From positions 1 to 51,295 of the forward strand of contig ADNK01002605.1 of assembly GCA_000320545.1 (NCBI GenBank): a stretch of 51,295 bases of DNA, read 5' to 3'. How positions within the stretch are numbered: the first letter of the stretch is position 1; each line of letters begins with the position of its first letter. This DNA is from Bigelowiella natans CCMP2755 (taxonomy: Eukaryota; Protista; Cercozoa). The position numbers and the translations under genes are program-made. This document shows positions 41,425-51,295 of the stretch, one piece after another. The notes under the pieces were generated by a model that worked only from the letters and a program-made list of their open reading frames with translations, was not told the origin of the DNA and ran no database searches.

Positions 41425-42200
41425 CACACACATGCACACACACATGCACACAACAGATGCATCACACGTCCATAGCGCATCTGAGCACAGCTAGATGGCT
41501 ACATGGTGGACAGCAGCGTGTAGCTTGCTAGCTTGTGAAGCATGCATTACGCACATGCTCACGTGCGCCTTGCATTGCGTGCTAGATTGTCACATCGATG
41601 CGCGCCACTAGTCCGATTCACGGAGCATGCTAGCATGGCATGTGTGTTGATCGTGCCGCCGCCCTACTAGCTAAGCGCATCATGCATGCGATGAGCATGC
41701 CGCATGCATGCAATCTGCTCACTTAGCCGCCAGAACGACGCTGCGTGCACACGTTTGCTTTGTTACTGCTAGACTACTAAAATGATGCTTTGCTTGTGCT
41801 TGATGTGCAATCATGGCATCACGAACACTTGTGCATTGCGGTGCGTACACAGACGTCAAGATCTCGGCAACAACTGCATTGCAGACACAGTGACATCATG
41901 CACATGGCATCACATGTCTGTCATCTGTTTCCAACACACTGACAGCTAGAATAAAGGCATCAACAAAGCAGAATGCCTGCACACCATTGCTCGATCGTGT
42001 GTCGTGAGGATCGCACGCTCGCGCGTGCAGCGGTGCATCACAATGTGTCATGCTAGCATGGCTGTTGCATCACGTACAACTCTGGAAACTCCAACAAACA
42101 TGCCACAACATTGAGCTGCAGCGCTTGGATTTTGTAAAAGTATGATGATGTTCATTCATCATCGATCATTGTGCACTGTTCGCGCGATTTGAAATGCCTG
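40590..42200. repeat. Degenerate, TpA-eroded intergenic/TE-derived block
   Basis: TG/CA-rich and CTAG-rich; most residual TA is in CTA/TAG context; no coherent coding signal. Confidence 0.5.
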
Positions 42201-42437
42201 AGGGATGCTGTGAAAAACCGCTAACTGACTCGATATGTGAAATAGCCCAGGCTTTCTTTCAGCATTACGTGTAGAAAGGAAAATCTTCATGTTCAAAACT
42301 TCGAATCTTTCCTACCGCAACGAGTAACATGACACAAGCCTCTCAGTCCTGCCAATGACCTGAGAAAGCATAGCGCCACCCACATAATTATATTTATTTT
42401 CTACACGCGGAGCATCATTTCGTGCACGTGCCACCTC

Positions 42438-44148
42438 TCAGCCGAGAGCCACATCGAGCGTCATCATCACCACGAAGCCGATAATGCACCCTGATGAGCA
42501 TTCCTTCACTCAGTTTGCACATACACAGCAAGAGATCGAACAACATCGAAGGACTAACCGCAGCTAAATAATATTTGCATAAAAATGATGAATAGCCAAA
42601 CTCCATTCTATGTGATCGCTCTTCTCCCCCCCCCCCTAATCACTCGTCAGGGAAATAAAAAACCACAGAGCGACGCTGTAGAAAGCGTCAATGATTAGTG
42701 TCCTTTAACCGTGTCACAGGACAATAATCACCAATATGGTTTGCCCTGTGTTGACTGAACCAGCAGAAAAGACTTCGTGAAAGAATGCATCGTTTCATAG
42801 TATATCCTTTCTTATATCTGATTGTTGCCCAACCCCAAGTTGCGAGCTTTGGGTTCCCAGATGAATGAGCATCCGGTACCAGCTCATCTACAACCTGCGA
42901 AATCGGCGAAGTATTAGTAGTAGTTGTTGTTTGATTGTGTTTGTGCATGTCTCTGTGCGCGCTTTTTTCAATGCTCGTCAGCAGCATGTGCACTACTGGC
43001 TGCTGTTTAAGCTACTTATAGCGCTCTCTCTCTCTCTCTCTCTCCCTCTCTTCACACACACACAAAACACGCACACGCACACGCACACACATGCGAAAGA
43101 GGGATCGAGAGAGATATAGGACACACATAGAGGCGAACACACACGAGGGATAGAGAGAGATAAAGGACAAACATAGAGACGGACACACACGCGAAAGAGG
43201 GGTAAGAGCAGGGACGTTACCACGTACACCATAGCTCCAGCAGCTAAGCTTAGCGCATATGGCAAAATCGGTTCCTGATGATGTATGATGAAACATCATG
43301 GCTACCTCAAAACATCGAATCAATTTAATTCCAACTACACATGATATAATGCGGAGTAATGCTTACGAAAGACAACGCTCTATTTTTGTTTCTTTCTTAA
43401 GAGATAGTGCCCACCAGACTAGGAATTCTATAGGTTTTTTTCATACACCTTTCGCGACCCCTTCTCCCTTCTCCCCCTCATACACAAACATTGCACTGCT
43501 ACTTACTACCACAATGGATACAGCGATAGCTCCCATTAGTCCTATGATATATAACACAATACAAGACTAAAAGGGCGCAGGCACAAACTTCGCGGCGCAA
43601 CTACTGTCTGGAATCAACTTCTCCCAGCAGATAGTAAAGAATCGAGAGCAGGAGGCTAAGGAACAAAAATATCTTCCCCTCTGTCGCAGAAACTGCCGTC
43701 ACACAATGTCTTTGGCAATCTCAATTGATGGACAAAGCAAGTGATAGCTCTTTCCAAACTAATCGATCCAAGTAACGCCACATTCGTCATATCTTTCACT
43801 ACTACCATCTATTTCATCTCTTTCATTAGCGCTACTGCTACTACTACGCACCGCCTATGGGCTCCACCATTCCAGACGCTTGACCCCAGAAAAAAGCCTG
43901 CAAGCAGCAACAACAACAACATACCATCGAGGCAGCAAAGAAATTCTTCTCTGTAATCATGATCATCGCCACTTTCACCATCTTTCCGTGCCTAGCACTC
44001 CCTCATTCTGCGATCCGTATTTCTGTTTGAAGGTAGTGAAGCGCTCGCTCCACGACCAACAACCATCTCTACCATCAACATCATCATCCTCATCATCATC
44101 ATCATCATCAATTCCGAAGATTTCCATTGTCAATCGCCATTGAGTGGC

Positions 44149-44199
<51 letters not shown>

Positions 44200-44530
44200 C
44201 TATATCCTAGTAGTTCTCACACACCACAAGCACCACCTTATGTTTCGTAAACCCTATCCGTCGCAGAGGAAGGCTGACCTGAGGGAGGGAGGGGGGTCGG
44301 GGAAAAGACAGTGATGTTCATGCTGGCGCTGGTAGTATTGCACGTGAAAGTCGTACGGCATGTGAAAAAAGACTCGTAAATTATGAGCCCTTTCTTAGTC
44401 ACACATACAGAGGAGAGGGAGGGAGAGAATAAATACTCACTGCAAGTCCCTCAGGAAAGTTCTGCAATCCGATGCCAACAGCCAGATTTCGCGCTGACAA
44501 TCAGAAGAAAGGAGCATATTAATTATTATC

Positions 44531-44572
<42 letters not shown>

Positions 44573-44660
44573 TCTCTTTCTTTCTCTTTCTCTACCAACC
44601 TTTAGCAAATGTAGCGCCGCGGCCTTTTCCTATGGCACCGAATCCTACGCCAACCTGCCG

Positions 44661-44698
<38 letters not shown>

Positions 44699-45219
44699 GC
44701 AACCACAACAACAGCAAAAAGCTCGATCTCATTCCAAATAATATAATTTCGCAAAGTGATTCTTCCTACGGTAAAAATTGGTGATTTCTGTCTAAACTAC
44801 ACGAACTTTATATGTGTAGCTGTGCCGTAGGACAGAAACTAGTAGCAATTTGTTTGCGCATCCGATGTTGTTGGTTAAAATTGTTGCGTATGCTGCTACT
44901 GTGCATGATTCTGTAATAATAGTAGTAGCAGTAATAGTAGTAGTAGTAGTAGTAGTTGTAGTTGTAGTAGTAGTGTTGTAGTAATACCGCTAGTCCTTCA
45001 GGGAAATTGTGAATTGTGATGGCAGCCACTAGCAACATCATGGATCTCCTAAACACCACATCATATCATTTATATACACACATATATAGATACATTATGA
45101 GCACCATCGTCGACATCGTTTCAATAAGCAGCAGGAATGTACGACTTACCATTTTGCCTTTTCTTCTGCCTTGTTTCTCCGTGATCGTTCAGCTCTATCT
45201 GGTACATTCGAAAGCACGT

Positions 45220-45258
<39 letters not shown>

Positions 45259-45380
45259 CACACAATAACACAAATTGTTCCTGTCGTTCATTGCTTTTTC
45301 CCAAGTAGAGAATGATATCTGTGCATGTACTAATACTACTATTACCATTACCACAACAACTTCTACTACTACTTCTTCTT

Positions 45381-45414
<34 letters not shown>

Positions 45415-45624
45415 CGTCTCACATCTAAAAATAAGAGTAATTGCTGCTTCTTCTATCGGTATTATTGGTTCTGTTACTACTACTGTCACTACCATCAATT
45501 CCCTCTTCTAAAGATTTTTCTTTCTTTCGCTCCTTTATCAACCCCTGCACATAACACAAAATGCGAACAGTAACCACGAGTGACAATTGAATGGCATTGT
45601 CTGTATCTTTATTTATTTGTGTGT

Positions 45625-45670
<46 letters not shown>

Positions 45671-47186
45671 GCTATCAATATCCATCGCGAATGAAAGAAG
45701 GGGAAATTCAATGCGTTTTGTCCCAGGGATACGAGCAGTGTGCATCACCAAAGATTGGTGGCAAATGCTGTATGGCATCTCGAAATACGTCATTTCGGTT
45801 CTTTACATAAGTGTACATATATGTATATGTATATGCAGATCTAGGGATGACCCGCTTTCGTAAGCCGCCGCTGGGAGAGCTGCTGGTTGCTCCCTCATAG
45901 TCCTGATCACAAGGATGACGAGAATTTCCAACTTAGGAATGATGTTTGTACGTCCTCTCCTTAAAAAAATACTTCTTTCTACCTTGCCGGTCTTGTTTCT
46001 CGGCGGTGTCTCTGGCGAAATACCACCGTTGGAGCCTACAAGCGGACAGTAAGAGAAGCACGAGCTTCGTCACATCATGCTCATCCTATCTCAGTATTGC
46101 ATCATCAGAGCGTGGTCGGCCCGTAGCAATACGTAGCCTGGGCTATCGACGTTTGTGGCTTGAAAGACGGGTGTGATCAGTGCTGGCATATCATGCAATT
46201 GAATATGTCCTTGCATTCGTTTTTCCTTTCGGCTTGCATCACCTTCGTTGTCCCCTGACCCCACAGCGACTCTTATGCTGCTGACTTCATCGGCCTTATT
46301 GCAAGTTGTAGTGCACGTGTCAGCAACTCATTGCTCGGGAAGCAAACAACACCGGCGATAACAACGACAGCATGTTCTCTAGCATAATTCCATTTCGTAA
46401 GTGCGGGTACAGAGTACATAGCTACTTGGCCATTGGTTGTGAGATGATGATGATGATATTGATGATAATGTACATCAGCGCCAATAAACTTTAGAAAGAC
46501 GTCCCCAGCGTAGACAACGAGCGCCCCTTTTAAGTAAATAAATATTAGCTAGCATATTCCACATTATTTTGGATGCTGTTAGAATGTATAATTTGTAGGT
46601 CTTCTGGGCGGGGGGGAGGGGCACAGTGCAAGAATATTTCCTCCAACATACGTAGAAATAGTAGGAGGAGGTAGTGGTATATGGTGTAGTAATATCGATG
46701 ACAACAACCGAGTACAAATCCAACAGACGCGGGAAGAAACGCCAAAGATCCCTACATATTTACATACCATTATAATATTCTGTGTACGATTTATGTGTTC
46801 ATATTTAATATCATGCATTTTCACGTACTTTAAACTATCAACTTTTAAAAAAATTCTTTCGCTTTTCCCCTTTCCTCTACCCCGATTCTTTCTTCCTTCT
46901 TACGTAGTCATCAGACATCTCTATTGCTGGGGCCAGGAGGGACCTGAATTCGAAAGTGAGAGACATCTCAATATGCCCTACTTGCTCATGATATTTGTAT
47001 AAGGAAAGATGCATTTAAATATTCTCTCTGGAAAGATAAACGCACCAATAACTTGCTGCGAGCATAACACCAGCGGCAAACCCCAAGCTTGCATCCAGAA
47101 ACTAAAATCAAGATGAAGCTCTTATTTCCAAAAAACCGACCCATCAGTATACATATTCCAAGATTAATAACACACACACACACACA

Positions 47187-47224
<38 letters not shown>

Positions 47225-47519
47225 AACACATACAAACACGTGCAAGCATGTGTGTTTATTTAGACCTTTTGCTGGTTGTCATTACCACCGCATGTCTCCG
47301 TGATGTACACAATTCCTGCCCCAGCCTATACAGTATTTATGGAATTATGATACTGGTTACAAGATTCACAGGAAAACTCGGTCATAGTCGATATTTTTAA
47401 GCCAGAGAGGGAGGAAGGCGGAGAGAACTGACGAACATCTGGGAGCTTACCGCTGTGACACCCCAAGTGAAGAGAGTGCCGAGAAGCCCTTGCCACATGG
47501 GCGATAACGATTCTATCAT
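42438..47519 (-). CDS. ZIP11: ZIP11/GufA-subfamily zinc transporter (SLC39A11-like), multi-exon
   Basis: MIESLSPMWQGLLGTLFTWGVTA, AAITIHNFPEGLA|VGVGFG, NLAVGIGLQNFPEGLA, GQASGMVEPIG, LPYALSLAAGAMVYV|VVDELVPDAH...LATW|GCIIGFVVMMTLDVALG*. Confidence 0.92.
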
Positions 47520-48229
47520 ACTTTATTTCCTCCTGCGGCGAAGAAGGGAGCAGTGGGATGATCGTATCATCACAGCACGGAAGTAAGTGCGTGGAGAGGC
47601 AAATAGAAAAAAGTGATGCCCTCACTGACTTCCTCCCTATAAATTTGATCAAAAAGGCTGAGAAAACATCGCGGAATTGTCATGTAAGCCCCCGTAGCAT
47701 TCCCATCTCCCCCCCCAACCTAGTCAGAGCGCTCGGCTGTGCTCGTTCTGCCAGGAAATTTCAGCAATAGGTTCTCTTCTTCAAAGGAAAAATGCCCAAG
47801 CGCATAGTTTTTTTACCTTGCGTCAACGTAATATTCTTGCCTAGAGAACCACATAACGACGATTTTCATCATAGATCGTCACTTGGAGCACCTCAAGAAA
47901 AAGAAGCTGCGAAATGCAGTTTTCTATGTGCAGCATTGAGTTTATTGACGATGTATAATTCTAAGAGGAAACCCACCTGCGACATAAAATATCGCATGTC
48001 TTCATTGTCTTTCTGCTTCGTGCAATCGAGGCACGACTAGCTGTTACGGACCTTCAGAACAAATTTGTTCGATTTTCCCTCAGTGGAAAAACGCAAACCT
48101 TTTAATTTCAGTGTGGCGACAACCGAATTAATGCTGTCGCATGGTAGAAGATAACTGTAGTATCGGAAGTATTCTTCAACATCGAACTTAAAGACGTGCC
48201 AATACTCGAAGAACACCCTAGCAGGAAGC

Positions 48230-50900
<2,671 letters not shown>

Positions 50901-51295
50901 GATATAATTCTTAGGAGTATCTACAAGAGCAATGTTACGTTCGCTCTTCAATATACCATATGATACATCTGCCTGTAACAATTTACCCAAGAAAGGAGGC
51001 AAGATGTTTGAGGACTAAAGAGATGGCTAATATCTATATTACAAGATCGCTAATTGAATTCTGCACCCCCTTCCCCCTCCAGGTGATGTTCTCGGTGATT
51101 GCGCTAGAGGTGCCGGAGCTGTTTTGGGGGACAATTAAATCGATCATCCTTGGAGATTTGCCCCCTCCCCACCTTTCCTCCACCACCTCAGCCTCCCCTT
51201 CCCTCCTCCGGTTGGCTCTCCACTTCCTCATGGAAACCACTTCTACCTTCAGCTCCTCGTTCCATCATCGGGATACTGGTTTTCACTCCAGATTA

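Overview
Intron-rich eukaryotic nuclear DNA, probably from a SAR protist because it carries the SAR-specific Rab1A paralog. Introns are GT-AG and packed with microsatellites. About 12 spliced genes: an OSCA/TMEM63-like channel (5' part), a Pro/Thr-rich secreted mucin-like protein, a mitochondrial double-hotdog MaoC/mesaconyl-CoA-hydratase-like enzyme, Rab1A, mitochondrial GrpE, an SGNH-family type II membrane protein, an acidic protein with a PH-like end, a Cys-repeat membrane protein, a ZIP11 zinc transporter and several hypotheticals. The most striking signal is in the transposon-derived and intergenic blocks (~14.9-15.5, 22.1-23.0, 25.3-25.6, 35.0-36.9, 40.6-42.2 kb). There the TpA dinucleotide is almost absent, TpG/CpA is in excess, CpG is retained, and the few surviving TAs are nearly all in CTA/TAG (often CTAG) context. 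Conserved Tyr/Ile codons in the TE proteins read as Cys/His/Thr. This looks like a repeat-targeted, double-stranded A-to-G hypermutation at TpA, the opposite direction to fungal RIP. No candidate enzyme is encoded in the window. All counts were done by eye.
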